A program made the position numbers and the translations under genes. Positions 33,801-42,700 of a stretch of 64,000 nucleotides of DNA are shown piece by piece. The DNA is taken from positions 1,901-65,900 of IMG/VR virus record IMGVR_UViG_3300009152_000041; one strand, written 5' to 3'. This DNA is from a virus. The first letter of the stretch is position 1, and the number at the start of each line of letters is the position of its first letter. Under the pieces are notes generated by a model, which saw nothing but the letters and a program-made list of their open reading frames with translations, did no database searches and was not told where the DNA came from.

Positions 33801-36800
33801 GCATTTGCCCAACCGTCTCCTAAGTCTCCACCAAGAAATTGAGCTACACCAGTTCCATTTCCTGGATAAATATTTCTCTTAAACAATTCTAGATCTGGTT
33901 GTGATGCAAAGTTTGACCACATCGTTCTCATTATTCCAACCATTGGCAATCTTACGTCAATACCAAATGGCGATCCACCTATTCCAGTTCCATTTGAATT
34001 ATCACCAAATGGATTCAAGACACCAGCTACTGTACCAGCCCCACCAGTTATACCACTACCTTGACCAATTGCCAGATGTGCATCTGAAGCTGCATTTCTA
34101 ATACCAGCATTTTTATTTCGCTCTTCATCTGTTAAAGGCTCATATAGCATCATACCGAAGTGCTTGATTCCAAATTTATTTTCAGAAAATACAGTTCCTC
34201 TTGTTGCATGAGCAAAAGCTTCTCTTGTTCTAGATGTACCCATCGAAAGAAGTCTAACCATTAAATCTCTTGGTTCAGATAAGTACAATCCAGTATTGAG
34301 ACCGCCATCTATATGGCCGCTAGATCCCTTTTTGTCAACAGAGTTTACCACTGGACTAAGTTCAATAGCGTCAGATTGACATGTGACAGTAACTATTTCT
34401 CCCAATTCAACTTCAGTTATTACACCGTTAAATATTGTATGAAGTGAGTTTGGATTTGCGCCATAACCAACTCTTAGGTGAACTCTTACACCTGGCTTAA
34501 GTCTTATGTTTTCTATATCAACAATGTATTGACTTTCCATATGACCTAATTGATTTCTTGCAAAATTTAAAGTTCTATCAATTACTTGTTCAAGGCCTGA
34601 AGTTAGTGATAATTTATCTACACCAGGCTTAGCGTCAGTCTCACCATTTCCACTGAATATTGTTGTAGCTTCTTTTGTAGAGAGCTTTGCGTACATATTG
34701 GAAGCTCTGAATACTAGCGTATCACCTAAGATATCTTCAGAAGATACTACGGAAAAATCTATTATGGACTGTAATCCGTAGAAATTATCAAATAGTTTTG
34801 TGCCGGCAAAATTCTTTTCATCTATCAACCAGAGCATATATGTAGGAAATGCCCTGATCATTCTTCCTGATATATCTCTGTACTGAGTATCTATCATCAT
34901 TTTTTCCCAGTGATCAGTAACACTTTTTGAGTTACCATTTGACTTCATGGTCTCTGGCTTACCCTCATCTCCAGATGAATATGAGTATTGGTATTCAGAT
35001 AGTGCTTTTGCTCCAGGAACTCCAGTTAGAGATTTTGTTGTTCCAACATCTGGCGTTTGAGTGTCAGTTATGCCTACATATTCAACTGAGCTATCTTTTT
35101 TAACAGCAACGTCATCTACAGTTAGATAAAATCTTCCATTCTTCTTATCTATATATCCAAACTGATATCCATCTGCAGTGTGCATCATTGATGGAATTTT
35201 TGTATCATTACCATCTGCTGCTGCTGGAAAAGTGTTTATAATAGCATGCCCATCTAGCTCGTCTGGATCAAAGCTTACGTAAGCGTCTTCTGCAAAGCCA
35301 TCGTTTTTTTGATTTCCAGATAGTGCGGCTTGTAATTTTGCTCTTGCTTCTTCATTAGAACTTGATAAATCTCCACCTCTTAACTGACCTGAAGATATTC
35401 TCCAACTAGAATCAGCTAAATCCTTAGTATCAAACTCACCTTCATCCAAAGAGTCTACATAGTCTAATAAGAATTTATCATAAGGTTGATCAACATCTTT
35501 TAAGACTTGCAATATATAAGAAGCTGTTTCTGAAGCCTTTAATCCTAAGGTTCCTCTAGAGTAAGCTTTTAGTTCATCTAATTTGTCATTTAATATATAC
35601 TCTCTGAACTTAGCAATGATCGCAGAACCCTTATATGAGGTTGATCCATATTGAGTTACTACGGTTACTTCTTGAGATGGATCAACGTTAAATGTATCAA
35701 GTCTAGAAAGCTTACCTTTATTATTGGTTACGCTATGTATAACGTCTCTATCAAACATCTCAAAACTTCTAAAATAAAAATCTGGATCAAGACATCCTAC
35801 AACTTCGCTGTCTTTATTTCTAATCTCTAATGGAAAATCTGGATATGAATTAAATGAGCCCCATAGTTGCTTCATTCTTAAGAATGGATTTTTCTTTGTC
35901 CCAAATTCTTCAATCATCTTTCTTTGTTGATCAGAAGATAACTGTTCACGTTTTTGCTGAAAAATGTCAAAGTCTACTAGTCTCAAAGAAACATCATAGA
36001 CATGTGGAAAATTTGGAATAGTTGAAACGTTAAAAGAAAGAGGAAGAACATATTTAACTCCAGCTAAAGCTGTTATTATATTCTTAATTCCCAAGAAGCC
36101 CATAACTCCAGCTGCGTTCTCAAGCCTAGCTAATCCATTAATATGATCAAATATTTTTCTTAATTTTATTAATTCTTTTTCACCAAATACTTTCATGGAA
36201 ATATTTATATAACTATCTCCACCACCAACGTGTTGATAAGTTGGCTCATCTTGCATCTGTACTTGTAGCGGGATTATGTTATTACTCATTGAGATAGAAA
36301 CGTCAGTAACAATTGCGTTAGCTGGATCTATGTCAACTCTTATCATTGGGACTTCCCACTCTCTTATGTGGAAACTTCCATTTCTTTCTCTAGCTGCTTC
36401 CATCAAATCTCTGATCGGTCCAGCTTTAAAGAATCTTTCATAGACCATAGCGCTATAGCCAGCTGCAAACTGATCTTTAATTAAAGATCTTTCTTGTTTT
36501 TTCCACTCAGCATCGTTGGTCTTTCCACCATTTATTGCTCTCTTCTCCAAGTATTCATCAACCATAAAGTCAAGATATGAACTAGTGCTTAAAGCTTTAG
36601 ACTTAAGAAAAGATTTTATTTGAGATAGTGTTTCATCTTTAAATACTATTGCCCCAAAAACATATCTTTGCACATCTTCATATGCGTTTTCTATCCTATC
36701 GAAATCTCTTAAGTAAGCTTTCCTGTCAGAGTCAAGCTGCAGTTGATTCTGAAATATAAAACTTGTTATAATAAAATCATAAGCCTTTTTTTGGAAATCT

Positions 36801-39241
36801 GTTGTATTTCTTCCCGCGGTTAATATGTCAATACTTTGTAATATTTTTTGATTAACAGTAAACTCAACAATATTTCCTGTTGAAGTTGTTATGACTGAAT
36901 CTAATGTTCTATGATATCCAGCTGAATCATTAAAGTCAATACCAAAGTTAGCCAACATTTGGTTCCAAAAACTTCTACCCGTATCAGTCAAACCTTTTTC
37001 TTCATCAGATCTAAATCCAGATATATCTGGAGTAAATATTTTAGTTTGAGTTTCAGCTGGCATATAGAATGATAAATTGCTACCGTTTGTCCATTCTCTA
37101 ATTACGTTAGTTGTGAACACTTCGTTCTTATAGCCAAGGAGAGCGTCGTTAACGATCTTCGAAGGAGATATCCCAGCTTGAGCAGATAGTCTATCTGAGG
37201 CGGCCTGCATACCTCTCAGGTCGTCCTGAGTAACGTCTCCATTCCTATCGGTGTCAAGCATTGCTTCAGCAATTGAAACCATTGCGTCTTTTGTTGCATT
37301 AATAAGACCCTCTTTACCAAACATTAAGAATTCTTCATTTATATAATTATGAAGAGCTCCAGCTGCCTTGCCCATATACTGCCTAAACTTACCCCAATGT
37401 ATTGCTTGATTAAAGTCATTAAGCATTGGCAAGAATGGCTTATGGTTAAAGTTATATAGATTTAATGTGACTACTAGTGCAAACGGATAATTTGGTATTG
37501 TGGAAATCGACATACCATGTAGTGCAACGCCTGTTATTCCATATACAGAATTTAAATAATGGTTTCTAATCGGAAGGAATGGAGCGTACTTAAACGCGGC
37601 AACCAGGCCTCTTAACGAGGAAAGGAACTTGTCTATCTTTTCTTCATTGTCACCATTGCCACTAAAATCTATTGTGAAGTTATCTTTAAGACTAATTTTT
37701 GAAGCGTCTTCAATCGAGATGCCCCATATCTCTTCATAGTTAGGAAAGAATAGTTGCATGCTGATAGTTGTATGCTTGTATCCAGAGTTAAACTTTGGAC
37801 TATTCTTTTGTCTTAGCGCGCCTTCTCCTAAACTGCTTGTCTTGAATTGAGTCTGAACATCAATACCAATTGGTGGAACATAAAAATTAGATGCCCCTAA
37901 TCTAAGATGGAATATGTCTGGAGAAGATGGTGGAATATTTTGCCTAAATGGAAATTCTGAAATTGCTTTTTCTATTCTTTGACCAGTATTAATTAAGTCC
38001 CACGCGCCAGTAAATATAGTTTGCCCTTTTTCTTGACCAAGAGCAGCCATTAAATCATCTAATACTGCTTGACCCTGATTAAGTTTATCTTCTGAACCGC
38101 CACCTTTTCCATCATTTGAATAGTCAGCTGTTGCTGCTAATGCAGCAAAGAAGAAGTTAACTAGTTCTGGAAAGTATCTATAGATGGTAGCTAGTGTTAC
38201 GGGATCTCTGGAGAGTCTTTGTAGGACAACAGTAAGCTGTTGAAGCCAACCGGTATCCCTTACTCCGTCTAGAACATTTGCTGCACCGGCGCTACCCTTA
38301 ACTCTTTCAAGGGTAGACAATCTGGATCTACCATATGCCTGCATTGCGTCGATGTAACTTAATAAATCAAAAAGACCTGACGCTTCAATCTTATAAAATA
38401 AAGATTTTTGATAAGTGTCATTCAATTTGATTATATCCATAGTTGGAGATGCAACTGCTATAAATTGATTAACGTAGTTATCTTGAAAAGCTCTATCATA
38501 AACAAAGCTTGGATTATTTTTTCTTACTAAATTTTCATAATACTGACTAATTGACGAATAAGAATTATCATGATTATCAAAACCAATTATAGCCGCTCCA
38601 CGAGATATAAACTCTTCTAAAACTGCTGCTCTTTCTATTGCTGGACCAAGTAAATCTTCTTCAATGGCTGGAGGTTCTTGAACATCTTCTGGTGTTTGTG
38701 GTGTGTCTGCTGGATTATCACTACCTATATTGAAATCTTTTACTCTTTGTCCAATAAAACTAGCCATTATTGTAGCTGACTCTATGTGGTGCCAGCAACC
38801 GCTAGTATTAGAGTAAGCAGCACTATACCATTCTTCAAACGCTTTTGCGTAAGCTACATCTGTTAGGTCAACATTTTTAGTTGGTATTTTTTTATCAAAC
38901 TTCTTCAGAATACTGTTGACTATATAATCTACTGGATTTTCACCAGTTCTTGTACCCTGTCGTTTAAGTGCTCTAATTGCTGCAGTTCGCCAAGCAACGT
39001 CATTAAAATCAGGTGGAGCAATTTTAATACCCCATGGTAGTCTCTCGACACCGGCCCACACACCTATCGTACCAGGAAATCCAGGTAGAACTGTTTGCAA
39101 TTTAGCTAATGCAGCACCAGGTAATATATTTGAATTTGTATTTAATGTTATCTGTTGAATTTCAAGAAAGTAATCGTCTGCTTGCTGCTTGGTGGTAAAC
39201 TGTTCTTTTATGTAGTCGAATGCTTGTTGATTTATAGCCAT
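27845..39241 (-). CDS. Giant baseplate hub-like/structural protein, 3798 aa, with SNase-like C-terminal segment
   Basis: Intact ORF. Hub-type stretches LKPGVRVHLRVGYGANPNSLHTIFNGVITEVELGEIVTVTCQS and IRPHDLVYLADVYERMYGIFEVEQVVHHF. C-terminal CKLNNVIDGDEIEVIDL...FKVRLEGI...GGRAAIFVSERLRDKPFVIRI. Confidence 0.65.
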   Translation of the reverse strand: MAINQQAFDYIKEQFTTKQQADDYFLEIQQITLNTNSNILPGAALAKLQTVLPGFPGTIGVWAGVERLPWGIKIAPPDFNDVAWRTAAIRALKRQGTRTGENPVDYIVNSILKKFDKKIPTKNVDLTDVAYAKAFEEWYSAAYSNTSGCWHHIESATIMASFIGQRVKDFNIGSDNPADTPQTPEDVQEPPAIEEDLLGPAIERAAVLEEFISRGAAIIGFDNHDNSYSSISQYYENLVRKNNPSFVYDRAFQDNYVNQFIAVASPTMDIIKLNDTYQKSLFYKIEASGLFDLLSYIDAMQAYGRSRLSTLERVKGSAGAANVLDGVRDTGWLQQLTVVLQRLSRDPVTLATIYRYFPELVNFFFAALAATADYSNDGKGGGSEDKLNQGQAVLDDLMAALGQEKGQTIFTGAWDLINTGQRIEKAISEFPFRQNIPPSSPDIFHLRLGASNFYVPPIGIDVQTQFKTSSLGEGALRQKNSPKFNSGYKHTTISMQLFFPNYEEIWGISIEDASKISLKDNFTIDFSGNGDNEEKIDKFLSSLRGLVAAFKYAPFLPIRNHYLNSVYGITGVALHGMSISTIPNYPFALVVTLNLYNFNHKPFLPMLNDFNQAIHWGKFRQYMGKAAGALHNYINEEFLMFGKEGLINATKDAMVSIAEAMLDTDRNGDVTQDDLRGMQAASDRLSAQAGISPSKIVNDALLGYKNEVFTTNVIREWTNGSNLSFYMPAETQTKIFTPDISGFRSDEEKGLTDTGRSFWNQMLANFGIDFNDSAGYHRTLDSVITTSTGNIVEFTVNQKILQSIDILTAGRNTTDFQKKAYDFIITSFIFQNQLQLDSDRKAYLRDFDRIENAYEDVQRYVFGAIVFKDETLSQIKSFLKSKALSTSSYLDFMVDEYLEKRAINGGKTNDAEWKKQERSLIKDQFAAGYSAMVYERFFKAGPIRDLMEAARERNGSFHIREWEVPMIRVDIDPANAIVTDVSISMSNNIIPLQVQMQDEPTYQHVGGGDSYINISMKVFGEKELIKLRKIFDHINGLARLENAAGVMGFLGIKNIITALAGVKYVLPLSFNVSTIPNFPHVYDVSLRLVDFDIFQQKREQLSSDQQRKMIEEFGTKKNPFLRMKQLWGSFNSYPDFPLEIRNKDSEVVGCLDPDFYFRSFEMFDRDVIHSVTNNKGKLSRLDTFNVDPSQEVTVVTQYGSTSYKGSAIIAKFREYILNDKLDELKAYSRGTLGLKASETASYILQVLKDVDQPYDKFLLDYVDSLDEGEFDTKDLADSSWRISSGQLRGGDLSSSNEEARAKLQAALSGNQKNDGFAEDAYVSFDPDELDGHAIINTFPAAADGNDTKIPSMMHTADGYQFGYIDKKNGRFYLTVDDVAVKKDSSVEYVGITDTQTPDVGTTKSLTGVPGAKALSEYQYSYSSGDEGKPETMKSNGNSKSVTDHWEKMMIDTQYRDISGRMIRAFPTYMLWLIDEKNFAGTKLFDNFYGLQSIIDFSVVSSEDILGDTLVFRASNMYAKLSTKEATTIFSGNGETDAKPGVDKLSLTSGLEQVIDRTLNFARNQLGHMESQYIVDIENIRLKPGVRVHLRVGYGANPNSLHTIFNGVITEVELGEIVTVTCQSDAIELSPVVNSVDKKGSSGHIDGGLNTGLYLSEPRDLMVRLLSMGTSRTREAFAHATRGTVFSENKFGIKHFGMMLYEPLTDEERNKNAGIRNAASDAHLAIGQGSGITGGAGTVAGVLNPFGDNSNGTGIGGSPFGIDVRLPMVGIMRTMWSNFASQPDLELFKRNIYPGNGTGVAQFLGGDLGDGWANAASLTPEDMPNPRLEYLNRLTDSSWNNLLQRYDGGSENASAAIDNLTQGMEARASGGTAAAVPGGGLLAAGAALAIGTGGIALPVIGGAMAVGGGASLLGSLTGRGGVNIWKTFGLISDLDDDMPGFDEVSFRAQTYMKSVWDLFQMCARLLPNYIVAVRPFEDRSTVFYGKPHWLYTSAVVPITTGFPSEKRAVELGLKTPSYRTPDSELMDLLTKVNKQSNSTADYEAMRQAQNPAISISEIVRQQSSYSDIYAPAGILRGKVINFLDPFRTAYYGNNKTTKEQLFNDIISEIPKNKGYVTVGFHLPIDSSGQASELDIEKIKGIHKEIPQMPLRFSFPFFTDRVAGAVLLDYAFYALSSNKSGEGDERLKTGTIHDGDKDFEKLGHDTLYTTLIDTEAGLLAGSLTDNREGGSEDEFAINLAGVSFTAAVNPINTFGNDKFIFDLNTSGVAGSKSLIRMPLPSLKEQTRGLDSLEGSWEYEYINQNRITSGSPFSYRDWGSPVSALDEQFYIAMRWPYEIIEDKDDEIFKKFKDKYFSDRDVNQFYGKPKDYKNRKVLVYSPTTRTAVVCKPAYFLWGTDKADLIDGNLSDAGNRTDDQFINFKADTFKEVDLAAVVSPDAAYFLGVMHLTENEKKYFGAESDETGNDNSSSNASAQALAKAGLAPVPMPRDCYFTFVDDSIPLGVVTTIYNPANEFNYNGETHVDMDYYIGFGAFSAEGDGKLIAEKANKSGMQKLGISGTADNLERQLELLNERPTAFTNTQWQEYIPVSGITLLDQGHFAEAAARGGNILAGKDQENSYFDYILKAEYSALEREKLYEVLDGELKTTGDEDSGAGRERFAPVYDPAAPESIKAREFFDEGFSPATHVIAGNGRNLSQANDIWDQFRFGYHNEISIKKIFFDAFGMDPDDTTPLPDFLVAILRDPKANPDIFKLFSANGPDSTAVDEFSLLLGSDFIANPNQRTGKPSGTADSMERQIETGVASSVSSDTVKQAIEFARKNLVDAPLDEGGLVRYFDALTKTKYKKLGLFLQSQSNLSLILGADVGGGQPKADDIIKDNFTPKQVFLLIVGMFRQAMWQDAYARAWLVLKPNRQYSSDDMWDFSPVHKIFAAFIDPNQDYASNKRKFLKLLADNKGEGNSAGNVVGVLTHNIDKFWDQNIGPLFTALSDGLSGLMNMFRMSMLQMGYGLSNIDNFSKQANIMNKVLNDSIYYSLGRPGSLLRAIDNPFTREYGEPVVEVREPFQKIHYLSSFSTIIANNIQETTTNVATQVTAVSEGKYPVTVALDKSIPAERQVEKTVETGLFFDNIAGEGLFGIAQPLFHPIEFARGAIKLSQGAPDELMARRVALAHLKESLKDIYSGELIVIGSPDIRPHDLVYLADVYERMYGIFEVEQVVHHFTPNMGFITSITPNALVTVNDPARWFMSSWIHSWMSIQNIRNDTRSLINSVQAGSTGILSGGNISVDGMSEALRSQMMGGVQFTHGSSALMSDIMANFAAEGLTDAQSQIENQMKQNSENGMSLTGIAATYLTTVGLTATAGALLGGPIGAGIGAGIASDLFWKGWKWVRDNVLDQHGCYISYLNKNGQPMDASLAINQGMVVGRYHTKRLLPGILGVKSKVRTVDGNAFIRNDDLLKSLGWKEKEITDLVRYVSYENALVNAEVLKYSGTGPDKTGLNQYFKVICKLNNVIDGDEIEVIDLMNPTGQPFKVRLEGIIASSLGTFQAYTNTSIQAGYKPDDPTTAINVNSPGGRAAIFVSERLRDKPFVIRISPNDQSSVSIYTEDDLSPGSRINNTNSYFKGVNYGDQEREKSLGTVFYRILDEDKETNISIVRSFFVQNLGLNIIQKKEKFKKNLYQESVFGQKFDEIYNSIYTSGMENHFEITGETDPLLTITNDERKLFNDLVNFKILEVLYSKASEWPYISWDEYYNDGVPATLNWELVTNNLAQVYTVDLLRERASTGGLDRSIPMPSLVEQKGGL

Positions 39242-39246
39242 GAATA

Positions 39247-39715
39247 CTACCTAAACATTCCTTCTATTTTACGCATTTGCGACAGTCTGTCTCCAGAAGA
39301 ATTTCTTTTTAAAGAACTTGAATAATTATCTATTATAGCAGAATTTTTTATATTATTTGAATTTTTAAACGCTAAAGAATTACCAGTAAGGGAAAAACTT
39401 TTTTTATTGTATCTTGCTTGTTGATTAGTTGGATTATCATAACCAGCTCCATTGGCCTGGATGTAAGCTGGAGATGAATTCATGTATCCTTCATATGATC
39501 CCTTTAGTGGATCAGATGGGGCTTGAGATTCTGGAGACAATCCCTGTATACTTGCAGATCTTGAGTCATTAACTTTTTTACTAAGACCGTGAATTAAGTA
39601 TCGCTCCAGCTGGGCTAGAATTACCACTGTTAGCTTTTGGCCCAGAGGCAGCTGCCGCTAGGTTAGCATTAGTTTTAGCTACCCCACCAGATCCAGTAGG
39701 AAGGTTATCAGCCAT
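39247..39715 (-). CDS. Small virion-module protein, 155 aa after +1 shift at CGG (39587-39589)
   Basis: ATG at 39715 with upstream AAAGGAT: MADNLPTGSGGVAKTNANLAAAASGPKANSGNSSPAGAILNS-[CGGT]-LSKKVNDSRSASIQGLS... The track shows only the second part with a spurious GTG start at 39627. Length 469 nt = 3n+1. Confidence 0.75.
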
Positions 39716-39741
39716 AAAATAATTTATCCTTTAATTTAAGA

Positions 39742-42700
39742 TTAGAAAGAACCCGCTATATCGTCGTAAGGATTACGTCCTAAAGAAGGGAGGCTATTAT
39801 GCATAGTACCTTGGACATTCCCATTTGTTACTAATCCGAGCTCTACTCATAAATTGTTCCATCTTATCTTGATCTCCGTCAACCGATATATTATAAGACA
39901 TTCCTTGGCCTCCAGAAGAAATTGGAGCTTCTGGTATTTGCATTTGATTAGTTGGCATATTTTCATAAGGGTTTCCACCTGGAAGCAACGGTGGACCTGA
40001 TATGGATTGCTCATTGTGATCTTTACTCTTTACGTGACCATATACAGCTAAACCAGTAGCCAATGCTGCCACACCTGCAATCTTACCCTTGTTTCTAAAT
40101 GCTGCTTCTGCCGCTGGACCCAGCGCTCCTCTTTCTCCAAGTGGTTTCCCAGATGTAAAAAGGTCTTTTAGCATGTCGCCAATTCTTGTATACTTAGCCC
40201 CTGCTGCTGATTCTGTTGTTTCAGTAAAAGAACGAGTAACATCATCAATTAAATCTTCTCCTCCAGCAGCTCTTCTTTGCCCCTCTAAAACTTCGCGTGT
40301 TCTTTCTTCAAGTGATCTAATCCTTGGAAAATCTACATCAGCACCTTCTGCTGCGACCTCTGCAATGTTTTGCATTTCTTCTGTGCCAGCAAATTTTAGT
40401 GCCCTATATCTTGCTTGAATGCGTTCCAATCTTTTAATATACTTTTCGCCCTCTTCGATATCTTTAAATCTTCCAACTATTAATCTTCTTGATTGCTCTT
40501 GAGTATCGCTATCTGTCACAGATAGGGCTAAAAGATCTTCTATAAAAGCTTGATCCAAATCTGCTTGTCCGCCACCTGTAAGCCTTCCAGCTACTCTCAT
40601 TCTTTCTATCACTTGCTCAACACTTTGTTGGCCCTCTCCTCTAACTATACTAGGAGTTGTAAGAAGTCTTCCTGATTCTTCTGATGTTTCTGATGCGTAA
40701 TCAAATGCTCCTATTTGCTCAAAAAACTCTCTTGACAAAACATCTTCGCCATCTCTAATAGTTTTAACATCTTCAATTCCAGCAAGTTCTCTTAATATAT
40801 TAACAACATTTTCAGTTTCAGATTTTGCATTGTTTACCGAGGTTCTTGCTATGATATTTTCATTTCTTGAATAACTATATAATCTATTTAAACTTACTTG
40901 TCTTGCTTCACCTTCTGCTGCATCTATGGATATCATGAGTGCTGCATTTTCTGTTTCTAAGGCTTCTCTCATATACCTAGCAAGTACTAGTTCGTCTGCG
41001 TTATCTGACGCTGACAAATTTTCAATTCTTGTGTCTAACGCTCTCATTAACTCCGTTAACCTAATATCTCCATTAGCTTGAGATTGGAATGAGGTATTGA
41101 TCGTTGCCGCAATACTGTCTATTGATTGCTGTTTGGCCATTCTTAATTCATCAAGTGCTGCAGCAATTGATGCTTCAGGATTTACGCTAAATCTTCCTTC
41201 GTCTAAAATTTTTGCCTTCACGAGAGCGTGATATAGCTCATCATTAGTTCTAAGAGTATCTACTTTATCTAATTTTCCTAATAAAAATTCATTATCACTA
41301 ATAACCTTAGCGGGATTGGGTAATCCAATATCTCTACTTAAATTAGAAAGTATTTCATTATTCATTGAATCTACAGTGCTCGTTAACATACCTTCGCTTA
41401 TAGCACTGCGCGTTCCTTGATTAAACGCATCTCTATATTTAAATGTAAGTCTTTGCATTAGTTTTGCTTCGTCGGGCAAAGATGCTATTCCATAGGTTTC
41501 TGCTGCTTCTCCTGTTAGTTGCATTTCGTTAAGCAACATTGCCTTTTTTCGAACTCCACTAATTTTCCTTCCACTAATGTCTGTTGCTGAAAGAATACCT
41601 TCTAATCTAGCTATGGTATCCTGTACTGTTTTTACTGCTTCTGGACTTGCACTGTCGCCAATATCTCGTAGCGCATTTCTGTAACCAAATAAAGCGCTCT
41701 GTATAGTTTTATCTATTGTTTCTATGTGAGAACTTAATTTTGTATCTGAAACTAATCTATCAAATCCTGCTAATTGATCTCCTGTTTGACCTAACAAAAT
41801 TTGAGTTGCCCTTAATTCTCCTGTCATTGCCGCTGTTTGCATAACCATATTTTCTGCAACGTTTTGAGTAGCAACATCTATTAATCCAGTTAATCTTCCA
41901 GTGTAACTTTTATCAGCTGCTAATCTTTCAAAAGCTGCAAAATGCGCTGATCTAGAACTGGCAAAAGTTTCAGCCCACTGTGCTGCGTCTTGAGATTTAT
42001 CGAACTCAGCATACAGGGCAGAAAATGCAGTTCTATTTTCCGCAGTGCCGCCCAATAAACTATATACAGATCTGTTAACCGCATTTCTAACTTCTGCTTC
42101 ACTGAGTACCCCTCCAGCTTGAGCGTGGAAAATCCTTACTGATTCATACATATCTTCTAATGATCCACCAAAACTTAAAGTACTACTACCACCAAGAGAC
42201 GGGTCAATTGCAGCTTCTGGGTTAAATATTGGAATTAATCTTGACCTCATTCCATTTGCAATATCAGTATACCCTTCAGCTTCTAGCTTAGCTAGAACAT
42301 CTAATCTTTGCCTTTCTGTTGAGGCTGACCAACCAAGAGTGTTTACATAAGAACCAAGTCCATTTTCCGCACCAAGTCCACCAAGAGCTGTTCTTTGATG
42401 CAACTTTGCTACCGCATCATAAGCTGCATTGTATGATTCAGATCCAAGAGTTCCTGTGTCTCCTAGGAGTTTTGCTGATGCTCTATATGCTATTTCTGAA
42501 TCAGACATAGCTCTTCCACTTGCGGTTCTTAATTTTGCTGCTGCGGCCTCGTATGTTCCAGCTCCAAATCTTTTTTCGTATATCCCAAATATTTCAGAAT
42601 TAAACTTAGCGTCTTCAGCGATTGCTACGTTTGCGTCAAACAACTTTACAAATTGACTTTGACGATATTGAGATCCGATAGCAGTACCCTTACTTAATTG

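Noticed and set aside
39627-39627. GTG start of the 126-aa ORF, and similarly TTG starts at 7157, 27493 and 42892
   Set aside because: No convincing ribosome-binding sites, and all are embedded in or preceded by continuous coding sequence. They are best explained as gene-caller artefacts of the +1 junctions.
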